Source: Candidatus Daviesbacteria bacterium (GTDB lineage: Bacteria > Patescibacteriota > Microgenomatia > Daviesbacterales > UBA10151). Taken from it: a stretch of DNA of 64,000 bases. The stretch covers positions 30,493 to 94,492 of the forward strand of contig JACPZA010000029.1 in assembly GCA_016195715.1 (NCBI GenBank). Direction: 5' to 3'. A model generated the notes under the pieces. It did no database searches. It was given only the letters and a program-made list of their open reading frames with translations, and was not told where the DNA came from. Positions 54,716 through 64,000 of the stretch are shown here, piece by piece; within the stretch, counting starts at the first letter, position 1; the number at the start of each line of letters is the position of its first letter. A program made the position numbers and the translations under genes.

Positions 54716-55689
54716 AATAGATGCTTGGTAGTTAATCTGGTGCCTTGACCTGGGTAATTAATAATTATTTCTTTAATTTCTGGAACTTGTTTTAATAGTT
54801 TAGTCAGTTTATCAATATTTTTTTGCTCAATAATTAAGTGAATATCTTGTCCAGTGTTAATCGTAAAATATACATCCAATCCTGCTTTTCTCCATATTTG
54901 GACCAGCTTCATTAGTTTGACAGTATTTGGTGTCCAGTAAATAATTGGTGGAATTTGAGTAAAAACTACTGAATGAAACTCTAATGCTTCTGCCTCAATT
55001 AACTCACCGAACTCTTTAAAGTTTCTTTCTTTTATTAACTTCTTAAGTAATTTATTTTTAGCTCTCATGCTTTGTACTCTGACTGGCATAAAAAGACTTG
55101 ACCTGGCCTCAGACATTCCTTTAGTTGATCCAATATCTTTTCTTTGCTCACTAACTATGGCAACCACATCTACTATATTCCAGTGACTTTCTGGAAAAAT
55201 AGTTTTGGCAAAAGATGTCTCAGAAGTTTTGCCATCAAGCCATTCAACAAATCCATCTGGAATTGATCTGCAAGCTGAACCTGAACCCTGTCTAGCCAAA
55301 ATACTTAATTCTTTTTCAGATAAATTTAAACCAGCAGCTTTTGCGCATGCTAATGTTAATGCTGCAAAGCCAGAAGCTGAAGATGACAAACCAGTTCCAC
55401 TTGGAAAATTATTATTTGATACAACTTTCGCTCTTAAACTTATCTTTGCTAACTGTCTTATTCTATCTAAATGCTCTATTACTCTACTTTCTTCTCCCTC
55501 TTCAACTTCTCCATTAATTTTAACTGAGTCCTTTTCATATTTAGAAGAAAATTCAACAGTAGTTGTGGTTAAAAGATTACTTAAACACATAGAAATGCTG
55601 CCATTTTCTGGAAGTCTTAGCTCTTCATCTTTTTTGCCCCAATATTTAGTTAAAGCAATATTTGATGGAGCAATTGCAGTTGCTTTCAT
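54712..55689 (-). CDS. Diphosphomevalonate decarboxylase family (MVD or phosphomevalonate decarboxylase)
   Basis: N-terminal APSNIALTKYWGKKDEEL...NGSISM and the GHMP ATP loop PSGTGLSSSASGFAAL. Confidence 0.8.
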   Translation of the reverse strand: MKATAIAPSNIALTKYWGKKDEELRLPENGSISMCLSNLLTTTTVEFSSKYEKDSVKINGEVEEGEESRVIEHLDRIRQLAKISLRAKVVSNNNFPSGTGLSSSASGFAALTLACAKAAGLNLSEKELSILARQGSGSACRSIPDGFVEWLDGKTSETSFAKTIFPESHWNIVDVVAIVSEQRKDIGSTKGMSEARSSLFMPVRVQSMRAKNKLLKKLIKERNFKEFGELIEAEALEFHSVVFTQIPPIIYWTPNTVKLMKLVQIWRKAGLDVYFTINTGQDIHLIIEQKNIDKLTKLLKQVPEIKEIIINYPGQGTRLTTKHLF

Positions 55690-56654
55690 TCGACTCTTAC
55701 TCCCTCTTCATTTGCCTTAATTTCAATCACTTTTCCTCCAGCATCTTCAATCGCTTTTTTAACAGATTTAATTTTTTCCTCAGGCGCCAGACAAATCATA
55801 CAATCTCCTCCACCCGCACCAGATAACTTTGCACCATAAGCCCCATTTTCTCTAGCAGCATAAATAATATCAGCTAATTTCTTAGTGCTTACTCCTAAAC
55901 TTGCTAAATAACCTTGATTAAAATTCATTATTTCACCTAAACTTTCCCAATCCTTTTTTAGCAAGGCTTTTTTCCCTTCATCAACTAAAATTTGAATCTG
56001 ATCATAAATTCCTTCAATCACTTGAGGATATTTATCTGCCTTTTCTTTTACTTGATTAATTAGTGTAACAGTATCAGCTTTCACTCCAGAATAACCAACG
56101 ATTAGAGGTAAGTGCTTAATACTTAACGGCTTTATAATTTTCCCACCAGTCCAAAAATATAATGTTCCACCAAAAACAGCTGCGGCAACATCAAATCCCG
56201 AACCTTTTCCCTGAATATCTAAAACTGTTTTATAAGCTAAATCAAAAATCTGCTTGTCTGATAATCCTTTGTTAAACAGTTCTGATAAAGCTTTAATTAC
56301 ACATACAGTTGATGCAGAGGAAGAACCAAAACCAAATTGAGAGCTAAACTCTGATTTAGTTTTCATTTTTAACCCTCCAGCTATGGGAAACTTATTAATA
56401 AAATTAGCAACAGCTAATTCTGCAAACTTAGCTCCTTTTTCTATTTCCCCATTTCCAGTTTCAGAAATTGGCCTTCTATAGTCTCTTACATTTACATCTG
56501 GGGCATTTAACTCAAAAAATTCATCTTTGGTTTTCTCCACTGTGACAAACATTCTTTGTCCAACAGCTGTAACAATACAGGGCCTATTATATACAACAGA
56601 GTGTTCCCCAAGCAGCATTAATTTCCCAGGCGCTGAAACTGTTATACTTCTCAC
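55686..56654 (-). CDS. Mevalonate-kinase-like GHMP kinase (second copy; probably serves as phosphomevalonate kinase)
   Basis: SAPGKLMLLGEHSVVY N-terminus. GFGSSSAS ATP loop. The MVK-type GEH is present rather than the bacterial PMK-type GEY. Confidence 0.6.
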   Translation of the reverse strand: MRSITVSAPGKLMLLGEHSVVYNRPCIVTAVGQRMFVTVEKTKDEFFELNAPDVNVRDYRRPISETGNGEIEKGAKFAELAVANFINKFPIAGGLKMKTKSEFSSQFGFGSSSASTVCVIKALSELFNKGLSDKQIFDLAYKTVLDIQGKGSGFDVAAAVFGGTLYFWTGGKIIKPLSIKHLPLIVGYSGVKADTVTLINQVKEKADKYPQVIEGIYDQIQILVDEGKKALLKKDWESLGEIMNFNQGYLASLGVSTKKLADIIYAARENGAYGAKLSGAGGGDCMICLAPEEKIKSVKKAIEDAGGKVIEIKANEEGVRVE

Positions 56655-57589
56655 GATTCCCTTCTGATTCCTTCTTCCCCTAATGTTATAGGTATTATTA
56701 GAAAACTTTGCTTTTTTCCAAATTCAATAAGTTTGCTTGAACTTGGATGATAAGCAAGAAGCATCCCGGATCCATCTTTAATTCCTCCTCCACCCATAAT
56801 TTTTGCAGCTCCTCCTAAATGTTCAACCATTCTGATTATTTTTTTTGCTTTAATTCCAACTACTCCTAATTTTTCTAAATTTCGCTCCCCTTTATAAATA
56901 ATTTTAACTAGTCTGCTTTCATCTCCGGTTTTTAGTACTTTAGCTAATTGAGTAACAAGTCTTCCTTGATCTTCAAATATATCTAAAACATCATCTTTAA
57001 CTTTGGCTAGTCTTTCCCTAACCCGCTCTACCATTTCTTTAGTAGTTTCAAAGGGCTTTCCAGAATTTATCAAGAAAAATTGTTTAATATTGGGATGAAG
57101 TTTGTAGGTAAGTCTAGAAAAAGATTTTTTAATATCTTGGTTTTTTTGAAACCAGATAAATCCGCCATTTACAACAGTAGTGTTATCTCCCCCTGAAGGA
57201 GTTCCATGAAACACTTTCTCAGCCTCAAAAGCTAATTCATTTAGTTGGTACCCATCATGATCTAAATTTAGGTAGGTAAGTAAAGCTTCTAAATAAGCTG
57301 CAGACACAGCAGCTGATGAGCCAAGGCCTGATCCAATTGGGATTTGGGAATTAATTGTAGCTGAATATTTAGGCAACTTGTTTATCTTAAATCTATTACT
57401 AATTATATCCTCAGCAGCCTTTGCCACCTTTTTAATTCCCTCATCAATATTACTTTCACCAGTTGATATAGTTACATAAACTCTTAAATCTATAGCTGAT
57501 AAAATTGCTGGCTTTCCATACACAACTGAATGCTCACCTAGAAGATGAACTTTACCTGGGGATGATACAGTTATAGATTTGGATTGCAT
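56651..57589 (-). CDS. Mevalonate kinase
   Basis: SSPGKVHLLGEHSVVYGKPA. GSGLGSSAAVS ATP loop. Confidence 0.7.
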   Translation of the reverse strand: MQSKSITVSSPGKVHLLGEHSVVYGKPAILSAIDLRVYVTISTGESNIDEGIKKVAKAAEDIISNRFKINKLPKYSATINSQIPIGSGLGSSAAVSAAYLEALLTYLNLDHDGYQLNELAFEAEKVFHGTPSGGDNTTVVNGGFIWFQKNQDIKKSFSRLTYKLHPNIKQFFLINSGKPFETTKEMVERVRERLAKVKDDVLDIFEDQGRLVTQLAKVLKTGDESRLVKIIYKGERNLEKLGVVGIKAKKIIRMVEHLGGAAKIMGGGGIKDGSGMLLAYHPSSSKLIEFGKKQSFLIIPITLGEEGIRRES

Positions 57590-57592
57590 AAT

Positions 57593-57895
57593 TTAAATTG
57601 GCTTAACTTTAACGGTATAATCAATTACCTCAGCAGCTTCTACCTTGCCTAATTTTCTAACTACAGTTTCTATTTTTAATCCAACTTTTAAATCTTTCTC
57701 TTCACAATCTACAATTTGCACTGATCTTTTAGTTTTATCCTCAAATTCCACAATTCCCACAAAATATGGAACTTGATGTTCAAATCCCTTCGGTCCGACA
57801 TTAACTTTTGTCCATACTAAAATTTCCCCCTTTTTATTCAGGAATTTATGTAAAGATTTTATCTCTCGCCAATTAACTACTGGGCTGTTAGACAT
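57593..57895 (-). CDS. DUF35 OB-fold protein (the scaffold partner in the archaeal thiolase/HMGCS complex)
   Basis: 100-aa OB-fold pattern. Positioned immediately downstream of the thiolase and HMGCS genes, as in archaea. Confidence 0.55.
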   Translation of the reverse strand: MSNSPVVNWREIKSLHKFLNKKGEILVWTKVNVGPKGFEHQVPYFVGIVEFEDKTKRSVQIVDCEEKDLKVGLKIETVVRKLGKVEAAEVIDYTVKVKPI

Positions 57896-57896
57896 A

Positions 57897-59030
57897 TTAA
57901 ATTTTTAAAATATGGACAACTGAAGTGGCTCCTGTTCCACCTACATTTTGAGTTAAACCTACACTAGCTTTTTTTACTTGTCTTTTTCCAGATAAGCCTT
58001 TTAGTTGTTGGGCTATTTCTAGAATTTGCTTAACTCCAGTTGCCCCGACTGGGTGACCGCAGGCTTTTAAACCACCTGAGGTATTAACTGGTAATTTTCC
58101 ACCTAATCTAGTTGTACCTTGCTCAATAAATTTTCCACCCTGGCCTTTTTTGCAAAACCCTAAATCTTCCATAGCTAAAATTTCTGCAATTGTAAAACAA
58201 TCATGAACTTCAGCTAAATCAATATCTGAAGGTGAAACTTTAGCTTGAGTGTAAGCTTTTTTGGCCGCAATTTGCGTAGCTTTCAATTCGGTCAGAGTTT
58301 CCCTGGAAGATAAATTTAAATTATCTGATGAAACAGCACTGGCCGCTATATAAACTTGATCTGGTTTAACACTTTTTGAAAGTATTATGGCAGCGGCGCC
58401 ATCTGTAATTGGAGATGAATCAAGCAAAGTTAATGGTTCAACAATACTGCCGCTTTTTAAAACTTTTTCTATTGAGATTTCAAAAGGATATTGAGCATTG
58501 GAATTTAAAGAAGCATGGTAGTGATTTTTAACAGCTGTAGCTGCTAGTTGCTCTTTGGTAGTGCCATATTTTTGGATATGAGCTTTGGCCATTAAAGCAT
58601 ACAACCCTGGAAAAGTTAAACCAGCATGGCGCTCTTCTTCACTACCTGCTCCCATCAAACCTAAACTAATTTCACTTGATGGATAATCAGTCATTTTTTC
58701 TGCGCCTATCACTAAGACATTTTCATAGCTTCCAGCTAAAATTGATTGAATTGCTAGATGTACAGCTAAACCACCAGATGCGCAAGCCGCTTCAATTCTA
58801 AAAGCTGGGACATTTATACCTAACAAACTAGCAGCAAAAGCTCCCAAATGATCTTGGTTGCTTAATTTTCCATATAACATATTGCCAATAAACAGCGCAT
58901 CAATTTTAGATTTGTCTAATTTTGAATCAATAAGTGCTTGGTTTGCCGCATCAATTATTAAATCCTCCAAAGATTTTCCCCAAAGCTCGCCAAATTTAGT
59001 AATTCCAACTCCAGCTATGCCTATTTTCAT
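57897..59030 (-). CDS. Acetyl-CoA C-acetyltransferase (archaeal-type thiolase, SCP-x-like)
   Basis: 377 aa. Active-site Cys in the EAACASGG context. C-terminal GHPVGATG. Confidence 0.8.
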   Translation of the reverse strand: MKIGIAGVGITKFGELWGKSLEDLIIDAANQALIDSKLDKSKIDALFIGNMLYGKLSNQDHLGAFAASLLGINVPAFRIEAACASGGLAVHLAIQSILAGSYENVLVIGAEKMTDYPSSEISLGLMGAGSEEERHAGLTFPGLYALMAKAHIQKYGTTKEQLAATAVKNHYHASLNSNAQYPFEISIEKVLKSGSIVEPLTLLDSSPITDGAAAIILSKSVKPDQVYIAASAVSSDNLNLSSRETLTELKATQIAAKKAYTQAKVSPSDIDLAEVHDCFTIAEILAMEDLGFCKKGQGGKFIEQGTTRLGGKLPVNTSGGLKACGHPVGATGVKQILEIAQQLKGLSGKRQVKKASVGLTQNVGGTGATSVVHILKI

Positions 59031-60073
59031 GACAAACTCCCTTTTGCTAAATTCATTTTGATAACTTCTGGGTAAGTTAGATAAGTTTTTTGCGAAGTTA
59101 AGTCAGCCAACTTAAAACTATTTTTCTTTTGATAGTTAATAATTTCTTTGGTAGTCTCAAAAATAAAGGCATCACTACCCGCACCAGACCCATATGAACA
59201 AACAAAGATTTTTTTATGAGGTTTTGCAATATCTAAAACAGAAGCAAGACCTAGCAAAGAAGAAGCAGAGTAAGGGTTACCAATTTTAGGTACTATAAAC
59301 CCATCTTTAATTTGAGCATCAGAAAAACCTAGTTTTTTGGTAACTTGGAGGGGGAACTTACCATTTGGCATATGAAAAATCGCGTAATCAAAATCCGATG
59401 GGTTAACTTTATACTTTTCAAATAAAGCCTTAGTCGCTTGAGTTACATGTTCAAAATAAGCAGGTTCGCCGGTAAACCGACCTGCGTGAGAAGGGTATTT
59501 TTGACCATCCCTTCGCCAAAAATCTGGAGTGTTAGAAGAGTAAGATGTGAATCCTAAAATATTAGCAATCACTTTTTGTTTACCAATAATAAAACAGCCC
59601 GCGCCCGCTCCAGCAGTGTACTCTAAAACATCACCTGGTTTGGCTTGAGCGCTATCAGTTCCAATAGCTAAGCCGGTTTTGATTTTTCCAGATTCAACTA
59701 ATCCATAAATTAACTGAATTGCCGAAGTTCCAGCTTTACAAGCAAACTCTAAATCCGAAGCCAGGTAATTATTGGGAATATTTAAAATCTGACCAAGAGT
59801 AGTTGCAGTTGGGTTAACTGCAAAGGGGTGAGATTCAGATCCAACTAAGATAGCTTCAATATCTTTTAAGTTAATTTGACTAGAATTTAAAGCCCTGGTG
59901 GCTGCTTCAACCCCTAAAGTTAGCGCATCTTCATCAATTGCTGCCACCGCTTTTTCTAAAACTCCTAAACTTTTAGAAAGATCTTCTCCAAATTTTCCCC
60001 AAGCATTGGCAATATCTAAAACTTTAATTCTAAATCTTGGCACATAAGCACCATATCCAACAATACCTGTCAT
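59027..60073 (-). CDS. Hydroxymethylglutaryl-CoA synthase (archaeal type)
   Basis: 348 aa. Catalytic Cys in LEFACKAGTSA. HMGCS-specific Glu and His positions are conserved. Confidence 0.8.
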   Translation of the reverse strand: MTGIVGYGAYVPRFRIKVLDIANAWGKFGEDLSKSLGVLEKAVAAIDEDALTLGVEAATRALNSSQINLKDIEAILVGSESHPFAVNPTATTLGQILNIPNNYLASDLEFACKAGTSAIQLIYGLVESGKIKTGLAIGTDSAQAKPGDVLEYTAGAGAGCFIIGKQKVIANILGFTSYSSNTPDFWRRDGQKYPSHAGRFTGEPAYFEHVTQATKALFEKYKVNPSDFDYAIFHMPNGKFPLQVTKKLGFSDAQIKDGFIVPKIGNPYSASSLLGLASVLDIAKPHKKIFVCSYGSGAGSDAFIFETTKEIINYQKKNSFKLADLTSQKTYLTYPEVIKMNLAKGSLS

Positions 60074-61242
60074 AATTTCCCCCTTCCATATTTTTGATGA
60101 GCTGATGCTAAAGTACCCTCTGCTAAACTAGCTATCAAAGATAGCTCACCTGCCAAGGTAGTTGCAGCAATTATTTTGGCAAATTCATCAGCTTTACCCT
60201 CTCCTTCAACTCCTAGAATTTTTAAAGCTTCATTTTGAGAGGGCAGTTTAGTTCCACCACCAACAGTTCCGATCTCTAAACTGGGTAGATAAATCGAAAA
60301 ATAAAGATCTCCATTTTCCAACTCTTCAGCTGTGGTCACCCCTAAACTTCCCTCAACTACCTGAGCCAAATCTTGACCAGTAGCTATAAAAATTGCAGCA
60401 ATGATATTAGCAAAATGAGCATTAAATCCAAGTGATCCTGAAGCGATTGAACCAAGCAAACATTTTCTATAGACTATCTCAGCAATTTTTTCTGGAGTGG
60501 TTTTTAAAACTTGTTTTACAACTTCTTTTTTAATTACTACTTCCGCCCAAACTTTTCTGCCCCGACCATTTATAAAGTTTAACCAGGCTGGTTTTTTATC
60601 TATATCAAAATTTCCAGCCAAAGAGACGCAACTAACTTGACACTTTTGTTCAATTTCTTTAACAATTTCCAGGGTAGCGATTGTTACCATATTCATTCCC
60701 ATAGCATCTTTTGTGTCATATGAAAATCTAACAAATAAATTTTTTCCAAAAGACTCAAAATCAACTTTCAATAATTTGATATGTAATGAAGTTTGTGTAG
60801 CCAGTTCATTTAACTCTAAAAAATGACTTTTAATCCAAGCTTTAACTTTTTGAGAGTGTTTAATTCCAGAAGTTTTAAAAACTGGCCCCCGGCTAATACC
60901 AACTAACTCCATGTTTACATCAACACCAACACTTAAATTTATAGCTTTCATGCCTCTATTTATTGATGCAACTAAAGCCCCTTCAGTTGTAGCTAGCGGA
61001 ATAAAATATTTTTGCCCCTGAATATTTATTGGACCTGCTATACCTAAAGGAATTTGCGTAGCACCAATTAAATTTTCAATATTTTTGCCTATTAGTTTTG
61101 CTTCATCAAAACTAAACTGAGCAATATGCGAAAGCTTAATTTTTAAGTTATCTTCTAAATAATTTCTTCTTAGTTGACTACTGGGAAAATCTCTTAGGTT
61201 TTTAAAAGTTGAATTTTTCATAGTTTTAGATAAAGGGGACAC
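60070..61242 (-). CDS. HMG-CoA reductase (class I-like catalytic domain)
   Basis: EGALVASINRG, DAMGMNMV and GTVGGGT motifs. Confidence 0.85.
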   Translation of the reverse strand: MSPLSKTMKNSTFKNLRDFPSSQLRRNYLEDNLKIKLSHIAQFSFDEAKLIGKNIENLIGATQIPLGIAGPINIQGQKYFIPLATTEGALVASINRGMKAINLSVGVDVNMELVGISRGPVFKTSGIKHSQKVKAWIKSHFLELNELATQTSLHIKLLKVDFESFGKNLFVRFSYDTKDAMGMNMVTIATLEIVKEIEQKCQVSCVSLAGNFDIDKKPAWLNFINGRGRKVWAEVVIKKEVVKQVLKTTPEKIAEIVYRKCLLGSIASGSLGFNAHFANIIAAIFIATGQDLAQVVEGSLGVTTAEELENGDLYFSIYLPSLEIGTVGGGTKLPSQNEALKILGVEGEGKADEFAKIIAATTLAGELSLIASLAEGTLASAHQKYGRGKL

Positions 61243-61852
61243 GGAAGATTCCTAATTTAAATAGAATAAAATAATAAACTATACCCAATGGAAAAATTAC
61301 TAAAGAGACAAGAAAAATTTTGATTGCATTTAGCTTTAATCCAATTCTTAAAGTTAAATAATATAAAATTCCTTTCCAAAAAAAACAAGCCAAAGAAAAG
61401 CTTAAAAAAAGCAAACTAAATATTTGACCTTTAACGCTCATAGTTCGAGGAGGTGGAATTAAAACATAAAAAATAGTAGATAGCAAAAACCAGCTTAAAG
61501 TTGGCAATAAACTAAAAGCCCAAAGTAAAATTAGTGAAGATAAATCTCCAACTCCTTGAAAAAGTTTACCTACTAAAAATATTGAAATACTAGAAACTAT
61601 AAAAGTAAAAGAGATGGCAATACCGGCTTTAATAATTGACTTGGTCAAAAAAAATGGATTTGCTGTTAAACCCTCTTTGGCTAAAGTTGAAAGTAGCAGA
61701 TAAATTAAAATTAATAACGCTACAAAAAAGAGTTGAAGGAAGGGTTTGCTAAAACTTAATCTCCTAAAAGTTTGATATGGCTTTTGAATCGTCCCCCAAA
61801 CTATTTTTAAAAACTCTATAGCTTTTTTAACAAACAAAATTGACTGATCCAT
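61226..61852 (-). CDS. Yip1-like multi-TM membrane protein, translationally coupled to the HMGR gene
   Basis: Five transmembrane segments. Its stop overlaps the HMGR start by 17 nt. Confidence 0.4.
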   Translation of the reverse strand: MDQSILFVKKAIEFLKIVWGTIQKPYQTFRRLSFSKPFLQLFFVALLILIYLLLSTLAKEGLTANPFFLTKSIIKAGIAISFTFIVSSISIFLVGKLFQGVGDLSSLILLWAFSLLPTLSWFLLSTIFYVLIPPPRTMSVKGQIFSLLFLSFSLACFFWKGILYYLTLRIGLKLNAIKIFLVSLVIFPLGIVYYFILFKLGIFRVPFI

Positions 61853-61881
61853 AAGGAGTCAGTAATTAGTCGTAAGTTAGC

Positions 61882-62124
61882 TTAAAATCCTTCTTGAAGA
61901 CGGGTAACTAAATTAATCAGATAATGATTGTTGGAAATTGCTAAGGTCAAACCAATAATCAAAGCTAAGGGAATTAAAAGTTTCCAAGGAGCAACTTTTA
62001 AATGAGCACTGAAGGCTTTATAAAGAGGATCAGCAACCCCTAAATCTTGAGTTGGGATTGAACTTAGTTCAAGTTGTCGCTGGCGCAGTTTGTTATAAAA
62101 ATTATCACCGGACTTATTTGACAT
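61882..62124 (-). CDS. Small single-TM protein, putative anti-sigma factor
   Basis: 80 aa. Overlaps the ECF sigma gene by 11 nt. C-terminal transmembrane helix. Confidence 0.35.
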   Translation of the reverse strand: MSNKSGDNFYNKLRQRQLELSSIPTQDLGVADPLYKAFSAHLKVAPWKLLIPLALIIGLTLAISNNHYLINLVTRLQEGF

Positions 62125-62677
62125 AAAGTAATTTATACTCCTTCACAAAAGCTAGTCTCGCTCTAAACAACATTGATTCAACGCTCTTACTTGAAACCAG
62201 CAGTGATTTAGAAATTTCTATAACAGACAAATCTTCTAGATATTTTAACTTTAAAATTCTGGTATAAAGCGGTTTAAGTTTGGCAAAAACTATATTAATT
62301 TGGGATCTGACTTCTTTAGCATCAAACTCCTCTTCTGGGCCAATTAGTTGAGAAATTAATGGTGTAATATTTTCTGGTAGTTTAGAAAAAACAATATTTT
62401 TAATTTTTTGTTTTCGGTAATAATCAATGATTTTATATTTAGCAATGGAAATTAAAAAAGTATAAAGAGAAGATTTCCCATTAAAATTTCTCAAAGCATC
62501 TAAACAATCTAAAAAAGTGTCTTGAGTAATCTCTTCCACATCTTCAATTGAATCAATTTTACTTTTTATAAATAACATTAAACGATTTCGATAACTGTTA
62601 TAAAATTGACGCAGTGCAGACTCATTACCTAAAAGCAGCTCATTAATAAGACTTAAGTCAGACCTTGAACTTTTCAT
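62114..62677 (-). CDS. ECF-type sigma-70 factor
   Basis: Region 2 (EDVEEITQDTFLDCLDALRNF) and region 4 HTH (LEDLSVIEISKSLLVSSKSVESMLFRARLAF). Confidence 0.75.
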   Translation of the reverse strand: MKSSRSDLSLINELLLGNESALRQFYNSYRNRLMLFIKSKIDSIEDVEEITQDTFLDCLDALRNFNGKSSLYTFLISIAKYKIIDYYRKQKIKNIVFSKLPENITPLISQLIGPEEEFDAKEVRSQINIVFAKLKPLYTRILKLKYLEDLSVIEISKSLLVSSKSVESMLFRARLAFVKEYKLLYVK

Positions 62678-62733
62678 CCTGGTTATATTTTAACTTGTTC
62701 TTATCAATCATTCAAATTTGTTAATATAAATAT

Positions 62734-63936
62734 ATGCTAAGTTTCTTGTTTAAAATCATCAAAAGACATTTAACAGATAAGTTTGATGAGAGTTTAGTAA
62801 TTATTTTTGTAACTTTGATAGTAATTTTTGGCTTTTATCATTTTTCTTTAATCAATAATCTTTCTAGCCAAGTCACAACCCTTCTTAGCTCTGGTTCAAC
62901 AGCTCAAAAGCAACTTCTGAGTATTAAACAAGAGCTGACAGATTTAAAAAATCAAGACCAAGTTAAAATTAATAAAGACTTACAAACTGAGATAAAAAAT
63001 ATTGAAACCAATTATGATTTAGCAGTTTCTGCATATGAAAAGCTAGTTGATCTAAAACCTAAAATTAAAGATTCTTCAAAATTAGACAGTCTTTTTGCGC
63101 AAGCGCTAAAACAGCTTTCTCAAAAAAACTTTGCTAGTGCATCCAGTACTTTGGCTGATTTAAATACTAAAATTCAACAAGAAAATGATAAATTAGTTTC
63201 CAGTTTTACTATTCCGGCAAATGTCTTAACTAGCAATACTCCACCAAAGTCTGGTTTTTCTTCTCAAACAGTTCAAACAGATTCTGGAAGTTTTTTAGTA
63301 AACATTGTTTCAGCAGATTTGAATTCAACAAAAGTCATTGTTGATACAGCTTCAGATTCAGATTGCAGCAATAACTGTCCAGTTTTATCACTGGCAGATT
63401 ATGTAAATAGAAACGGAGCTTTTGCTGGAATTAATGGTTCATTCTTTTGCCCGGCTGAATATCCGAGTTGTGCTGGTAAAACTAATTCATTTGACACACT
63501 ATTAATGAATAAAAATAAGCACTATTTTAACTCAGATAATAATGTTTACTCAGTTGTTCCAGCAGTCATTTTTCAAGGTAGTTCAATTAGATTTGTAGGT
63601 CAAAGTTTGCAATGGGGTAGAGACACCTCAATTGATTCAATGATTGCCAATTATCCACTTTATGTTGTAGGTTCTCAAAATCAATTTGGTGGCAATGGTG
63701 ATCCCAAAATTGATAATAAAGGTACCAGAACCTTTGTTGCAAATATTGATTCAACAGTTTATATTGGGGTAATTTATAATGCCTCGGGTAGCGATGCTGC
63801 TAAAGTTTTAAAAACTCTGGGGATGCATAATGCTTTGGGGCTTGATCAAGGTGGCTCAACTGCGCTTTGGTATGGAGGTTATAAGGCGGGACCTGGTAGG
63901 AATATCCCTAATGCAGTTTTATTTGTAAAGAGATAA
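62734..63936 (+). CDS. Membrane-anchored protein with a C-terminal phosphodiester-glycosidase (NAGPA/DUF2233)-like domain
   Basis: N-terminal transmembrane segment plus coiled coil. The C-terminal GLDQGGSTALWY resembles the LDGGGS signature of the phosphodiester glycosidase family. Confidence 0.45.
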   Translation: MLSFLFKIIKRHLTDKFDESLVIIFVTLIVIFGFYHFSLINNLSSQVTTLLSSGSTAQKQLLSIKQELTDLKNQDQVKINKDLQTEIKNIETNYDLAVSAYEKLVDLKPKIKDSSKLDSLFAQALKQLSQKNFASASSTLADLNTKIQQENDKLVSSFTIPANVLTSNTPPKSGFSSQTVQTDSGSFLVNIVSADLNSTKVIVDTASDSDCSNNCPVLSLADYVNRNGAFAGINGSFFCPAEYPSCAGKTNSFDTLLMNKNKHYFNSDNNVYSVVPAVIFQGSSIRFVGQSLQWGRDTSIDSMIANYPLYVVGSQNQFGGNGDPKIDNKGTRTFVANIDSTVYIGVIYNASGSDAAKVLKTLGMHNALGLDQGGSTALWYGGYKAGPGRNIPNAVLFVKR

Positions 63937-64000
63937 ATCTTTCTTAAACATTCCTTTTTGTGTAAAATTTAAAGATGGTTGATATTATTCAAGTTAAAAA

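Noticed and set aside
1-64000. CRISPR arrays, rRNA genes, prophage structural genes
   Set aside because: I saw no regularly spaced direct repeats and no rRNA-like conserved stretches. No capsid, terminase or tail-like ORFs were recognised. The recombinase region lacks phage morphogenesis genes.

Overview
This is an AT-rich (roughly one-third GC), densely coding bacterial chromosome segment. Gene content and short or leaderless promoters suggest an uncultivated low-GC, small-genome lineage (CPR-like); that lineage call is inference. I can support about 85 CDSs, two tRNAs (tRNA-Arg-TCT at 981-1053 and tRNA-His-GTG at 11169-11241), one IS481-like insertion sequence (about 47431-48556), several promoters, operators and terminators, and some short dispersed repeats. 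I found no CRISPR array and no rRNA. Left part (1-10 kb): PEP synthase, an RsmC-like methyltransferase, a Y-family DNA polymerase that carries an odd GC-rich in-frame insert, and a secreted clan GH-A-like glycosidase. Middle (11-25 kb): a large serine recombinase whose 3' end overlaps the 3' end of tRNA-His. It is followed by a copper and thiol-disulfide homeostasis cluster: N-truncated CopA-type P-type ATPase, DipZ-like CcdA-thioredoxin fusion, BlaI/CopY-like repressor with a BlaR1-like M56 sensor carrying a Cys-rich C-terminal domain, DsbA-like protein, CcdA-cupredoxin fusion, CopZ. I read this as a tRNA-integrated genomic island of uncertain extent. 25-46 kb: GT4/GH130 glycan genes and a long run of small stress and detox genes (two PhnB-like VOC proteins, MFS exporter, ArsR, SRPBCC, VIT1, GNAT, quinone reductases with an HxlR regulator). 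47-49 kb: an IS inserted at the 3' end of an HhH-GPD DNA glycosylase gene. Right end (54.7-62.7 kb): one minus-strand operon carrying an ECF sigma factor, a putative anti-sigma protein, a Yip1-like membrane protein and a complete mevalonate pathway with the archaeal-type thiolase/HMG-CoA synthase/DUF35 trio and two mevalonate-kinase-like GHMP kinases. All calls rest on reading the translated ORFs and the raw sequence by eye; I ran no database searches.
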